This document shows positions 11,713-24,716 of a DNA stretch of 64,000 nucleotides, in pieces. Origin of the DNA: Tubiluchus corallicola (Eukaryota; Animalia; Priapulida); NCBI GenBank assembly GCA_030141605.1, contig JAQGDQ010000420.1:62001-126000 (forward strand). The letters are read 5' to 3'. Position 1 is the first letter of the stretch. Each line of letters opens with the position of its first letter. Under the pieces are notes generated by a model, which saw only the letters and a program-made list of their open reading frames with translations, did not search any database and had not been told where the DNA came from. A program made the position numbers and the translations under genes.

Positions 11713-13236
11713 ATGTACTGGCGCAAACAGTTGCTTTCTGTGTTCTTTATTTGTGGCGTCTCAGTGTTGTTGTATTCGTTAAGTCGCTTATAGTAGCCAT
11801 AATGTTGTCTGTTGTCCCAGCGAATTTATACGTGTCTTTGTCCTTTGTCATTTTGTAGAAAAAACTAACCCCTTTCAACGTCTTTACGTCACATTCGATA
11901 AAAAGCCTTAAAATATGATGCTTCATTTGCTAGGGTAAAAATTATGCTTATCAACCAGCTAAAGGAAGCAAATTTTCAAAAAATTGCGAAAATTAGAACA
12001 CGGAGGCCACGTAGACACAAGACAAAGTACGTGACACCGGAAAAGAACGAGTTAAACGTGCAAAGCTAATGTTCAACCAAAAATCACTTGCACGACTAGC
12101 CAGGCCAGTTTTATACATGCATGTTAGCACTAAGCCGACTTTCTTTTGTGTTAGACTATCTAGTATAGTTTTACTAGGTGATGCAACATATTATTCACTT
12201 CTCCGTCCAAATTATGAAAGAGACAGCATTTCGACAAAACTGATGTGTTCATTTTTAATAGCAAATTTATTACACGCAAAACAGATGCGAAAGAAAATAA
12301 TTAAAAGCACAAGTCACAAGGAATTGATATTGAATTAGATTATATTAAACTTAACTGAACTGAACGAAATCGGACTGGACTGGACTGAATTGAACTGATT
12401 TGACAATTTTATTTCAGAAATAGTCCATATACATTACAGTACAATAAATAAAGTTAACACACAATTACATAGACATATATAATATATAATATAATATATA
12501 ATATATATATATATAATAATATACACCACATTTAATAAATATGGAATATTGTATTCAATTCTTTTATATTATTTACACATTTCGTTAAGTATGTTTACCA
12601 GTCTATATGAATTTTAGAATTGTATATGCAGTCACTATTCAGTATACTATAATACATTTAACTATCACTTGTGCAATATTAATAATTCTCCATCTACACG
12701 GATGAAACAGAGAGAACAGAGCGGGTCTTACAGCCAAAGCGACAAAGCCAATTGGCTACAGAAACGCTTTTGAAAATTCTTCAAAGGACATCAGGCGTAC
12801 ATCGAACACCTCACTGCAGACTGCAGACAATGGGCATAATGCAACTAATGAAGATGCATGTAACATCGTATCTGCATCTGTCGTTGTCTGAATTATCATA
12901 CGGCATGTATGACGACGATGTAAACGAGTTCTCACGTTTTTATAACTGAAGACACAATAACCCAGATCGACACTTACAAAGACTTTTCTTGCATTTTTAG
13001 GTTTGTCATAAGACTCACAACATTAACGTCTAAAGCTATCCACCTTTCTAACAAAATCAAAAATACACACAAGAAATGCATTCCAAATCTCCTGTTACTT
13101 TAAACAGATTAGTGCAAAATGATTTCAAGGAGCCCTAATGACAGGATCTAGAGCACCTCTCAAGAATTGTTCATCTCTTTCTACTAAAAGAAAAGACAAA
13201 TCGCTTATTGGCTTTATTTTACTGTTGTTACTTTAA

Positions 13237-13904
13237 AGGAAGACCGGACGATTGTCTAGACTCAATGTCATTTTAATTTACTGTCCAAAATATAGATTTT
13301 CTTGCCTATAAAAGTTAACAATTGTTCCTTATATTTGAATAATTAGCTTAGAAAGTCAGAAACTAACCACAGTTTGTGCAGTGGCAGGCATCTTCCCTTG
13401 CGCGTTAAGCACATTTGCATAGGTGTTACACGCATGCAACGACGTATGATGTCACGAAAAATGGGCTTTACATCATATGACGTCATGAAACTAACACTGC
13501 AGTTGATGATCATGCTTATCACGGTACCGCCTTCTATTTGACGGCCACACGAATATGACAAAAAGGCGCCGCTGCCAATCTTAGTAGATTCACTAAACCG
13601 CGAGTAGCTTTGAAAGTTTAACGAAATTTGAGTATCCGAGGTAATTATTATTTAATCTAAGCTTTGATTAAAAAAACTATTGTAGTTTTCAATATTTTAG
13701 AGCATTCTTTATTCGTGTTTACACAATCATCCGTTTTCCTTTAACTTGTTCAAAATGGAAGCACCCAAGCGTGAGGTAATCGCGACTTTCAAGGGATTTT
13801 ACTAATTGCACGAGGCGCTTATCACACTTTTATTAATTAATCCTTCTAACATTTTTCGCGAACATTGAAATACGTCTAGCTTTCCAGAAATCTTGGCATT
13901 TCCT
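13237..13904. mobile_element. Kolobok-like non-autonomous DNA element
   Basis: TTAA|AGGAAGACCGGACGATT...AATCTTGGCATTTCCT|TTAA. Imperfect TIR with TTAA on both sides. Confidence 0.45.
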
Positions 13905-14529
13905 TTAAACGTTTTACTGTATTGTGGGCCTTTCACCTTGTTCTAAAGAGTGGGTACGCATATGCGTCAATTACCAAAGTATATATGAAGATTCGTACGT
14001 ACTTCTGCGTATGCCCTACATGCCGGTGCGCACGTTTATACACATGTATATGTTATGTACAATTCTACCCATTCGTTCGTAAGAATTGTTCGTTTGTATG
14101 TACAAATTAACTGTATTTTTGCACTGTTCAGTCAGTTTACTCGTTCGCGTTGTTTTGCTTTTAAAAATAATGAAACAAACTGAAACAAACAGAATCTTCA
14201 ATACATGATTAATAGATCCCGCGATAACGTAAATTTAAAAGATTCAGAATATTATAAATTAAAGATAGTTAATGCGTTACGAGATATTTTTGGTTCCTAA
14301 TCTGATTGGCTGCAAGTTCGATTAATTAACAGGCACAATAATAGGCACCTGGAGGCTAGCGCTAACATGAGTAGCGGAAATCTACAATGTTTTTAGGTAG
14401 TGCTGTAACAGGACTGCATAGGCTTAACCAACCTCAAAACAGGTCTTTTTGTATAGTATGACTAGTGAAAAACGCGCTCACATACACACACGCACGCACG
14501 CACGCGCAACCACACGCGTGCACGCACGT

Positions 14530-14575
<46 letters not shown>

Positions 14576-15535
14576 CACGTGTACTACACAGCACAAGCAC
14601 ATACACATACGCTTAATATGCACGTAACAAGTACAAAGGTTTATCTAACACATGAATATAATATCTACTAGATAATATGTAACAGCTATAATTAAACTAT
14701 ATAATCTTTTACAACCAGCAGTAAAAATTTACTATTTAAAATCTTGACAGTCAACATGAGTTTCTTTTCATTACCTGTATGCTTACCGGAAATCTAAACA
14801 TGAATTGACGGCTTTCATTAGTCATTACCTTACCCAGTGGCTCTATAATGAAATTAATAACTACCTAAAATTGTAATAATACTTATATTTATGTTATAAT
14901 TATATTGTATAATGACATTTGCTGCTGCTTTCAACCTATTAATTTTCTATCAGTCTATGTGTTATCTTGTGTAAATTATCATTTGTTGTCATCACAATAA
15001 CTTGCTTAAAATTTGACTTGTTTTTATTACTACGCTAGTATTTCAGCTAATCAGACAGCGCTACTTACTTTTTTATCGGCTTTCCTTTCCGCGAAATATA
15101 CATGCGCTTTGAGAGATCTTTATGACGCACCTGGCAGGTGTTGGGGGATTTGCTAATTGGGTTTTGTTAGGACAACTCTAGCTTTACTGCGGATATAAGG
15201 CTGTTGCAAACGATAAATTTACGATTTTACTTACTTAAGCGCGGCAGTGGGACAGTATCCTTCCTTAATCACCAAATTGCGAAGTGCAGTTTCTTTGATC
15301 ATTTGGGCAATGTCAGTATACTGTATCAGCTAAATAATGTAGATCATTTTCCTGTTGGCTTTTTCTTTAAAGCGCGTACAGTATTTAGCAACACATCGTT
15401 CCCTATTATTAAATGTTATGTTAATTCTATTTAAAGCAAGAACAGATAAAATAAAGCAAACAAATTCTTCTTAATCGTATTACTTTTACCGCACTTGCCT
15501 TATTAAATGAAACAAGAACTTTGGTTACAGTTTGA

Positions 15536-17137
15536 TTACAAGAATTTTGAACACAGCTCTTTCAAACGCTTTAAACCTTCCTGAGGATTGCTGTGATATT
15601 TCTTCGTCCACGCATCCAGCAATAAATTACCGTAACTTTTCCTATGAAAATATTTCAAGTATTTGTGAGATGTCGGACTGGGAAAGATACGCTCAAAATC
15701 ACCACGTCTTTGATACTCATCTTCTGCTTCTACTAGCACACGCACGTCACCTGGTGTCAGGTCATCTAGAATACTTGCTGCTGCTTCGCCTTCAGTCGCT
15801 TCTGTGGTAAAATGTTTTCGTTTTTCTTTCTCGAATGGAGCGAGATTGTAATCGCGCAGTAACGTGAAGCCATGCTGTGATGAAGAAATGTTCTTCCGTT
15901 TTGCGAAAGACTGATTGGATCTTTTAGGCACGCGATATCCAGCCGTATTAAGATAGTCCGTTATCATCTGTGTAACGAAAGTTGGCTTTGTAATGCCCGG
16001 GTTAGCATTGCCTTCTAATAGCCATGGCTTTAATTTGTTGTCCAGTAAAATGTCATATCCGTACAGTTCATGGTGCGAATACGGTCTGCTTCCGTAAGTG
16101 TTCAAGGCGTTATATAAGTCAGATTCACAACTAATAAACTGTTTCACCACCATGTCTTTGATTTTCCACCATATTTCCTCCGTCTTAATGCCTTTTCTTT
16201 CTAAATAATGCCACAAAGATGACAAAGACCATCTATGTGGCGCTTCTCCAAAACTGGTGAATCTTTTTGTGTGATAGTCGGGATTTTTATTATTAATATT
16301 AGTATTTGTCAGATGCACAAAATTATTTTCAAGTTCATCAGAACCACAGGTATAGTTATTTGACGCAAATCTAACTGTTCCTGTCCTGTGAATGTAGATT
16401 CTTAATGGTTCTAGTGAAGGAACATATACGTGCAATCTTATGTCAAATTTCCGTCCCTCAATCAGGTAAGGTTTTGAAATATACTCTTGGATAATCACAT
16501 TTCCACTTGGAAGCTTAGACTTGTTGCTGATTATCTTGATCCCCTTACCACGGCATTTATCAAACGGCTTGGTGATCCACATATTTTTCCTGGGATTTGA
16601 TGCAGAATAGTTTAAAAATTCACACTTTTCTTGGGGCAGAATGAAAGTCAAAGGTGCAAAGTTGAACTCCTTTTGTCCGTGCAAATAACGCATGCGCAGA
16701 AATTGCTTCCAAAAAGTATTTTTCCGCATACACAGTGACTGCGAAGCTGGAAAGTGATTAATCTTCTGGTATCGTGATAACTGTTTATACTGACGTATTC
16801 TCATGGGGAAACACCAACATCCAATCCACGAATCATCATCTGTTAAACGAATATTGGAATGCTCTGCGATCAATTCTTTGACTCCCTCGACTGACTGTGG
16901 CTTACTGACCTTCCATTTTAGAAGCCTTTTATGTAAACTTGGAAGCTCTTCGACGATTTGGCCAGGTAATCCGAAGTTGATTACAGGTGCAACATTGGGG
17001 AAGAGACTAGGAGTCAGCGATGGTATCACCCGCGGACATTCTCGTATCATTGAATTGTTCAACAGTGCTTGATCGTCGCTCAAAACTTTCACTACAAGCG
17101 TTAAAGAAATCACAATAAATTCAAAAATTAAAGCCAT
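15536..17137 (-). CDS. TTLL4: Intronless TTLL4-like glutamylase (ATP-grasp TTL domain), 533 aa, with a signal-peptide-like N-terminus
   Basis: Collinear with the TTLL4 core as recalled: SLFPNVAPVINF, QKINHFP, WITKP...RGKGI, QEYISKPYLIEGRKFDIR, VRFAS, HLTN, HELYGYDILLDNKLKPWLLEGN, LDDLTPGDVRVLVEAEDE..RRGDFERIFPS. N-terminus MALIFEFIVISLTLVVKVLS-DD. In-frame TGA 30 nt upstream of the ATG. Confidence 0.9.
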   Translation of the reverse strand: MALIFEFIVISLTLVVKVLSDDQALLNNSMIRECPRVIPSLTPSLFPNVAPVINFGLPGQIVEELPSLHKRLLKWKVSKPQSVEGVKELIAEHSNIRLTDDDSWIGCWCFPMRIRQYKQLSRYQKINHFPASQSLCMRKNTFWKQFLRMRYLHGQKEFNFAPLTFILPQEKCEFLNYSASNPRKNMWITKPFDKCRGKGIKIISNKSKLPSGNVIIQEYISKPYLIEGRKFDIRLHVYVPSLEPLRIYIHRTGTVRFASNNYTCGSDELENNFVHLTNTNINNKNPDYHTKRFTSFGEAPHRWSLSSLWHYLERKGIKTEEIWWKIKDMVVKQFISCESDLYNALNTYGSRPYSHHELYGYDILLDNKLKPWLLEGNANPGITKPTFVTQMITDYLNTAGYRVPKRSNQSFAKRKNISSSQHGFTLLRDYNLAPFEKEKRKHFTTEATEGEAAASILDDLTPGDVRVLVEAEDEYQRRGDFERIFPSPTSHKYLKYFHRKSYGNLLLDAWTKKYHSNPQEGLKRLKELCSKFL

Positions 17138-17312
17138 TGGTGTTCTTGAAGATCTGGAGTTAAATCAAGCTGCCATTATAATAGCAAATACAGCATGGTG
17201 TGCATGCTGTATCAACAAATACAGTTGATTTAGTTAAGAACCTGTCTCTATATTACATACCATACTCACTCAACTGTCCTACAGACATATGCAGGTTAAT
17301 TTGCTGACCCGA

Positions 17313-17380
17313 CACAGGTCGAGAAGGCACGTGATCTGCTGCGTCACAGGTCGAGAAGGCACGTGATCTGCTGCGTCACA
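17313..17380. repeat. Perfect 32-bp tandem duplication, each copy containing CACGTG
   Basis: cacaggtcgagaaggcacgtgatctgctgcgt at 17313 and 17345. Confidence 0.9.
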
Positions 17381-17484
17381 ACGTTGGGCTAGTTTTAGCG
17401 GTAGTTCCAACATGGACGAAGAGACATATAACTTATTTGGCGTCTGTTAACGACTTAATTAGTTGCATAATGTTCTATAGGTTC

Positions 17485-17562
17485 TGCCTATATAAACAGG
17501 TTGTATATTTGTAAAATTTACCACTGACGATGACAGCAGTTATCTGTCGAAACGTTTGCGTG
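17485..17562 (+). ncRNA. Minimal hammerhead-ribozyme-like motif of the Penelope-like-element terminal repeat type
   Basis: CTGACGA (17524-30), t, GACAG/CTGTC stem with 7-nt loop, then GAAAC-GTTT (palindromic helix III). TATATAA lies upstream. Helix I is poor. Confidence 0.5.
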
Positions 17563-18594
17563 ATTTTTGACTATGTGAATTAGAAGTATTAACAAAGTTC
17601 TGTTGTTTTGGCTATAAATATTTCTAAGCGCCTATAATAAAAAATTGACTTAGCTATATAAGACATTTTTCCTCATTTGTTAAAAGCAAATCAAAAGGAG
17701 GCCTTTTGCACCTCTCAAAATCTGTGTTGGATATTGCAACAACTACTGAAGAGGTTATCGAAAATTTCTTTTACGGTATAGAATCTTTAGATTCTATATA
17801 GAATTAGTATCTCTTATTATCTCTTAAGAATTATTATCGGTATAGAATCTCTTATTAGTTATTATCAAACTTCTAATTTAAAAACAACTGATTTTAAATC
17901 CAGACTGTAATCAGCTGATCGAGTATGACGACTGTACACTTTAACCTTGAAAGTTTGAACCACAAACTAAATATTCTAGGTAAGCAAAGGGCTTTGCGAG
18001 CTACAAAAGCAATTTATTTTTGGAGTTATTAACGCATGTAGTTTGGAGTCTCCAAATGCGTATAAATTTCGAGTTATTAAAATATATAGGCGTATAGTAG
18101 CAAAAATACACAGGCAATCAAACTTTCCATACCTCGGTTGCAAAATGTTTTAAAATATTGATCGCTACGCATTTTAAATTTGTCATTGAAACCACTAAGA
18201 GAAAATATTAGTTTAGACCTGAGTTAAAACATAAAAATTTTACTTCGTTTACCACTAGTATTACTGTTTTTACCGCTTTCATGTACTACACTCACCTGAC
18301 GTTCACTATAAAACCACTTCACCATCTAAGTAATCTATTACGTAACTATCGTAAGGACGACAGAGGTATTTAGATTGATATGATCATGTTCGAAATCCGT
18401 CTCGCGACGAAATTTTGGATGCAACATGCAAAGCAGCTCTAGCAAAAATTAGTAATTTAGAAGTTCTGAAATGTCATGATATTTTTTGTGCAAAATTGTT
18501 TCCAAAATATGTTCGTGGCGGCCCCATATTCAAGCAAAATTTTTAACGAGTAAACAGTCGTGAAAAGATTTGACTAGTATGTTATTGTAATTTT

Positions 18595-18810
18595 TTGTAA
18601 CGGTTCTCTTCCACGATCGTCTTGTAGTATTGTGGTCTGTTGTAACGGTTCTCTTCCACGATCGTCTTGTAGTATTGTGGTCTGTTGTAACGGTTCTCTT
18701 CCACGATCGTCTTGTAGTATTGTGGTCTGTTGTAACGGTTCTCTTCCACGATCGTTTTGTAGTATTGTGGTCTGTTGTAACGGTTCTCTTCCACGATCGT
18801 TTTGTAGTAT
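18595..18810. repeat. 42-bp tandem repeat, ~5 copies
   Basis: Unit ttgtaacggttctcttccacgatcgtcttgtagtattgtggtctg-like. Explains four overlapping ORFs. Confidence 0.95.
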
Positions 18811-20589
18811 GTTGCGCAAATAAAAATACACTGAACTGCAGGTTTAGAGTTCAAGTCTGTTTATTTTGAGATAAATCGCTTTTCTCTTTTGACTGTTCCG
18901 AACAAAACACTTTGATAAGAGATATGAACAATAAGAGATAACTATTTCCAATTAATCACACTGAAGCAGTTTAAAGCTTGCTTCACCAGAGACAGAAGTA
19001 CATGATGTAATGACCCAGATTAAATCATTGAGCCGTAGTTTAACTTGCACCCCTGGATTGGGTTGAACGTGTAACTGTACGTTTGTGCATTTAATCGGAT
19101 TGAAGCCAAACGCATAGATTTCTGTACGTTCATGACACAGATTTCACGGACACGATATGCAACTTGATTTGGTTGGTTAAACTGCGTTTTTACGTCTACC
19201 TGATTTTCCATTAGCTGACGTTTGAAAAGCTAATGATCTATTTGTGGTGGGGGAAGATGTCCGCTCATTGGTTTACATGGCTTTGCTGATCTTACCATGC
19301 CGGGAAGATGTCTTTTCGGATCATGTGAGAGAACCGTCGTGCAGTTGGAAAGGTGCCCAGCTCGATAGTCCATCGCATGGGACGGAGAAGTCGTCACCGC
19401 CCGGGTAGGAACTTTATGCTAATAAACCGGAAGGCAAAGGTACCTATTTATTTACGTTATCGTTAATTGGCGCCAGAGCGAGAACTTGTTTTGATGTGAA
19501 TTTCCGAACGCATGTGCGCCTACAGCTCCGTTCACACCCTTTTGATGGACTTACGTTGAACATTTAACTACGTTTCTCTCAGACTTTTTGCGTCGTTACT
19601 GTGGGAGTCGTAAACCCGTTAGATGAAGTCTGCACCATACTTTAGTCGTTCTAAAGGACTATGACCACAAACTACACGTGTCTGGAGAATATATTATGCT
19701 AGCGTACGCTTTTTGAGGTGGCTGGTAGAGTAAGTAGGGACCCTTTAAAGAGTTAGGAACACTGTATGATTTTTGTATGTTTTGTCATTGCATTTATTTC
19801 ATGCCATGCTGTTTAGTAGCGTTTTCAGATTTTCTTTTGCTTATTACTAATTTCCGTTGTTTACAAAAACCTCAATTACACAACTGTTTTTGTTTGTGTC
19901 ATTAAACTTAATATTTTGTTATTTATTCGACTGGTTGCAGTTTGATTTTTGAGGTATAGATAGACAGCCCGTTTTTCATCCATCACACCACAAAAGAATT
20001 CATGCTATTTAGGTAGAGCCCCCGTAGAGTCTGCCTACGCTCAGCTACTGTCTGTTTCCTTTAGTGGGCAGTCGGTTAGTGCCTCTAGCTCGGCCAAGGA
20101 ACTGATCGAACTTAGCAGCGACTACCATTAATTGGCCCCTATGGTCTGCCCCTGTATGCACGGGCCATTACACATGAAAGACTGAGTTACCCTTTTTTCA
20201 ACAGCAAAACGCTTCTCTGAATCAGGAAGCTTTCTTAACTAGGTGACATTCCTTAGGTGCCGCTTAGCACAATTACTAAGTCAATGTCCTAGTGGCGACA
20301 GTTTGTACATAACCACAGGCAGGAGAAATCACTAACCCATTAACAAGTAAACGTGCTGCTCAGTGTACTTTGCTAAAGTAATTTCATAACCCCAATTATA
20401 ATACGTATTGCTAATTTAATCCTATAATTACATGATTGTAATTCTCGCAAATAAAGAAAAAAATTTTGTTTAATGCAATGCCTCACTATTATGCAGTTTA
20501 TTTATTGTTTAAAAAACTCAGTAATTCAATAATAATTTTGGAATGACATGATTAGTTTTAGCTAGTAAAACACTTTTTAATTGATGTAA

Positions 20590-21410
20590 TGCTTCATTAT
20601 TAAAGCTTGATATCGCATGGAATATAGGTGTGAGACAGTTATGGTAAGTTCAAAGAAAATCACATAGGTATTTTCTGCCCCATGTATGCAATGTGATAAA
20701 ACCCAGTATTCAAATATTTGCAAGATATGTAAGCTTTTTTGTACATGTGATCATACTGGTTATTCAGTTTTATCATGTATGGGAAATAATGTGGAATGCA
20801 TTATGCCAAATATACAATATAATTTTTTGCATTGATGATTTCTAAGCCAAAGCTTGTCCGCTCACAAGTATTTAAAGAGGAAGAACACATGTATTCTATT
20901 TTCATTGTCCCTCCTCCACAGCGCTCCTGTGGCGCTCCCTATGAAGATCCCAACGATTTTTTATGCACTGTCCACTTTACCAACAAATCCGTACCCAGTA
21001 TATCTATCCTAATCCTATAAATGCACTCACTTTGAATATTATCTAGATACTAAGTGGCGATATCTCACTTTCTCCTGATTCTAACAATGCTATAGCATCT
21101 GCTGTCGTTTTGTTTATTAATCAAGGTGGGTACTTTAATTAATAAAATTAAATCTATAGTACATTGAAATCTCTGAATTCTACCTTACGGAGCAAATAAT
21201 TTATACTGTTGCGTTCCCGTGACCTCAACACTTTCTTCTTGCATTCATTAGCTTCATTACTACTCATTCCCAATCACTCAACCAACTTGTCCCACCCTTG
21301 CGCACACCCGCCATTCAAAATCTAAGTTACATATATTTCTCAATCTCGCTCTACTTAATGCATAACTAACAGTTCTTGTAATCGTGTGCCTAACTTATAA
21401 ATGACGTATG
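20590..21410 (+). mobile_element. Degraded LINE (CR1/L2-like) 3' fragments
   Basis: Decayed peptides WNIGVRQLW..SHRYFLPHV, SCGAPYEDP and LSGDISLSPDSNNAIASAVVLFINQGGYFN*, typical of ORF2 C-termini. Confidence 0.45.
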
Positions 21411-21819
21411 TGCTCACTGAAAGGTTTTTATGTAGGTTATACCTGTTAGATAATCAGCATTTGATTAACTACCCATTGTTTTTTCTCTTATTATAAATGT
21501 ACTTATGATTGTACTGCTTCTTATCAAATACAATGGAATGCAAACTAATTGAGGATCAAATTTCTAAATTATCTCTGGCGATAGACATTTTAAATTCAAT
21601 AGAAGCAAGAGATTTCTCTTTTTATAGCTTGAGTGAATTTAATGAAATCTTAACATTTATCATGGAAGATTAATTACGCACACATAATTTCACGGTGTTT
21701 TTAAGCATAATTTTAAAGTTAAAATTATTATTTCTGTCTTTTTATTGTTTTTTTCAATGTATTATTTTTGGTGTGTAATGTATATGTAATATATAACTAA
21801 TTATATGATTTTGTAAGTA

Positions 21820-22140
21820 TCACTGATGTACTGTGGCCTGATATACTATGTACTGATCACATACTTTATTATGTACTCCCGACTCAACCAAACATCGTAA
21901 ATATTACTGATGTACTGTGACCTGATATACTATGTACTGATATCACATACTTTATTATGTTCTCCCGACTCAACCAAACACCGTAAGTATTACTGATGTA
22001 CTGTGACCTGATATACTATGTACTGATATCACATACTTTATTATGTACTCCCGACTCAACCAAGCATCGTAAGTATTACTGATATACTGTGGCCTGATAT
22101 ACTATGTAGTGATCACATACTTTATCATGTACTCATGGCC
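21820..22140. repeat. ~85-bp tandem repeat, ~3.8 copies
   Basis: actgatgtactgtgRcctgatatactatg... recurs at ~21822, 21906, 21992 and 22078. Confidence 0.9.
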
Positions 22141-22592
22141 CGATATTAATATGTTGATAGCATTTCTTAATGTACTGTTTCTTTTGGAATACCCTGTATT
22201 TGATTATAAGCTGACTAAGCAGGCACGTTGTTGAGTAATATGCCTAATATTCTACATATAAGCAGAAAATTACTAGAAATGCATTAGCCGGGCTTTAATA
22301 ATGAGAAAATGGTTTAGCATTCCATCTTTTTAAATAATAGTATATTTTATTAGATTGAATCAGACTGAATAACATGCACTTACTTATTATTATTATTTAT
22401 CAATATAAACATAAGACAGAATAATAAGATACAAGCAACAGTGTAAAATGCAAAAACGAGTTTATTGAATAATATACATTTTTTAAGATGAAGGTCAGAA
22501 AGTTTTACTTTTATTTTTATTTTGAAAGCGACGTTTTACAATAAAATAGGCGCAGTGTGGAAAATACGCAAAAGGGTTTAGATGCTGCTTAT

Positions 22593-24523
22593 TTAGTGTG
22601 TAGCTTTAATGTTGAGTTTTCCCTTGTACTTGAAGTCAATATTCTTGATGTGTCTAACCAACCTAGACAAGAAAACCGCATGAATTATGCATATTGTTTA
22701 TATTTCAACATCGTTGCCATGTATGAAAATGTTATTCACACATGTATATGTATGACGTTTCTACCTTATTGAAAACACCGTAAAACACAATATTTCAGCC
22801 GCTGAACGATACAGAATGATAACTTGCTAAACGGAAATTATTTTCTTGATTAGCAAGCGCTTTAAATTGCTAATTGGCAAGTACAATATTTGATTGCATG
22901 TATAAATTGTACATACAAAGTAGTGAAAAAATTCCAGTTTTCTGCTGAGAAAATTCCAACATAATCAATAGATCGATACCCAGGAAACTTACCATTGCTT
23001 ACAATACTGGACGTTCTCTGGATCAATTGGGTGGTTGAATCCCCTGAGTTTGGCAAGGAATTCCTCGTGAAGGTTCTTGTGTTCGTCATAACCATCGTAC
23101 TTGGCCTTGGTCATGGCAGCCTTCAGTTACAAAAAATAAATAACGGTTAGTAGTTTGAAGTCACAAACGGAAAAACGAAACTTCCTAATTTTAATTAATC
23201 ATATGTGACTTTAGATTGTCCACCGAGCAAAACTTTCGGATAACTACTGTTTCTGTTTTATTTTCAAAGCCCATAGTATCATAAATAATTCTTTATAAAG
23301 TTACAGGTCTAAAAGATGTCGGAATTAGAAATGATGCGGTACATCCAGTTTTCTTATTTTCTTTTTCTTGTACGAATTATGTTGAATTTGAGTAATTTGA
23401 GATTATGTTTTGAGTAAATAAGTAAATTCTTACAGCCATTGACATTTCTGGGCAATTTTGTTGATAGAAAACAAGCATGAAAACTCACTTGTCCTAACCC
23501 AACGGTTATTTTACAAATTAATTTACCTCTTCCTCAGCAAAGTGGTTTGAGGCCACCCTGTACAAGTCATCGCTCAAGACTTGGCTGTTTGGTTCACGAG
23601 CGACCATGAAGACGCTCTGGAAGAGGAGCTTGTGCTCGTCATCAAGAGTCTCATACTGGAAAAAATCGTTGCTGTATTACATAGTGAATTAAAGAGAAGT
23701 TCGACGGAAACAGATTCCTTTAACTAGAAAAGAACCGGGCAAAAAAGTTCGTGTGTTTTACACTGGTGGACTTGAGGGAGTCTAGCGTTCCAGACAGCAG
23801 CACTTTTATTATAGTACATTTTCCTTGAACTAGTAACCTTTACTGTACCATTTAGTATCATACAGAAAACAACAATTATACAATTACCTAAAATTGTCAA
23901 TTCACTAGCTTTCTTAGATAAATGCAATTACAGAAATGGAAAGATTAAGTTAAAAAAGCTTAAAACACTTAGTTTTTTTAATTATTGTTGTAGATATTTA
24001 TTGTGAATTCTCGCGATCAGAAAATCGCTGCTCAACTAGGCGATTTCGAAAAACATTTTGTTTCGAATATCAGTTTAAAGGCTAATTTATTTAATACGTA
24101 AATGTACAATAAAGATTAATTCTAGCCAAACTGACCGTTTTAGATAAGATTTAGTTATAAAGTTTACCATATGCAGTCTTATAATAGAGCAATTTGAATG
24201 CGAAATTTAATCAAAGATCTAAATAATTACTAAATCATGAAATGTATTTCACATTTATGTAAATGGCCATCGGTTTATATTGCTGCTTTAACAAATAAAA
24301 TGGAAAGGTAAATAAATGCATACTGCCTCTGACATGTTTGCCAATATTGCGTGTAAGGTCTGACAAAGTAAATAAACATTTGATGCTCAATTTGCAAAAA
24401 TTTAGCTTATTCTGGTTTAAAGTACCACGTAAACCTATAGCCACCGTTAATGAGAAAACGAATACTTACGAAAACCCTGAATGACTCGTCCCAGCAGAAT
24501 GGCTCTGGAATGGTGTAAGGCAT
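22593..24523 (-). CDS. Myohemerythrin-like Hr2 (4 exons, 126 aa)
   Basis: Exons 24523-24470, 23655-23527, 23120-22993, 22662-22593, all GT-AG. Protein: [126 protein letters not shown]. All seven diiron ligands (5 His, Glu, Asp) present. Confidence 0.95.
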
Positions 24524-24614
24524 TTTGACTGGTTAGTAGCTGAATCTGTCCCAGAGAACGAAGCGAAAGAATCGGTTAGAGCAAGACTCTGACTCGTATT
24601 TGGGGTTGCGGTTC

Positions 24615-24716
24615 TTTTTATACGCAATCCGCCTTTCCTTTTAAATTTCCCTGGTCTTTCGAGCGTACGTGCAACTTTGGACGTTAGAAAGTGAAATTTT
24701 TGCAAAAGCACACGTG
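24615..24716 (-). promoter_or_regulatory. Hr2 promoter: TATAAAAA plus TACGTG and CACGTG
   Basis: TATA 24615-24622 (minus), TACGTG 24666-24671, CACGTG 24711-24716. Confidence 0.6.

Noticed and set aside
16803-17072. 89-aa plus-strand ORF
   Set aside because: Antisense shadow of the TTLL4-like CDS.
18574-18869. Repetitive ORFs; possible CRISPR-like array
   Set aside because: Head-to-tail 42-bp units with no unique spacers and no cas genes, in a eukaryotic context. The same applies to the 25-, 32-, 35-, 60- and 85-bp arrays.
19243-19670. Possible solo LTR (TGTGG start, internal AATAAA)
   Set aside because: No matching end with a TSD could be defined.
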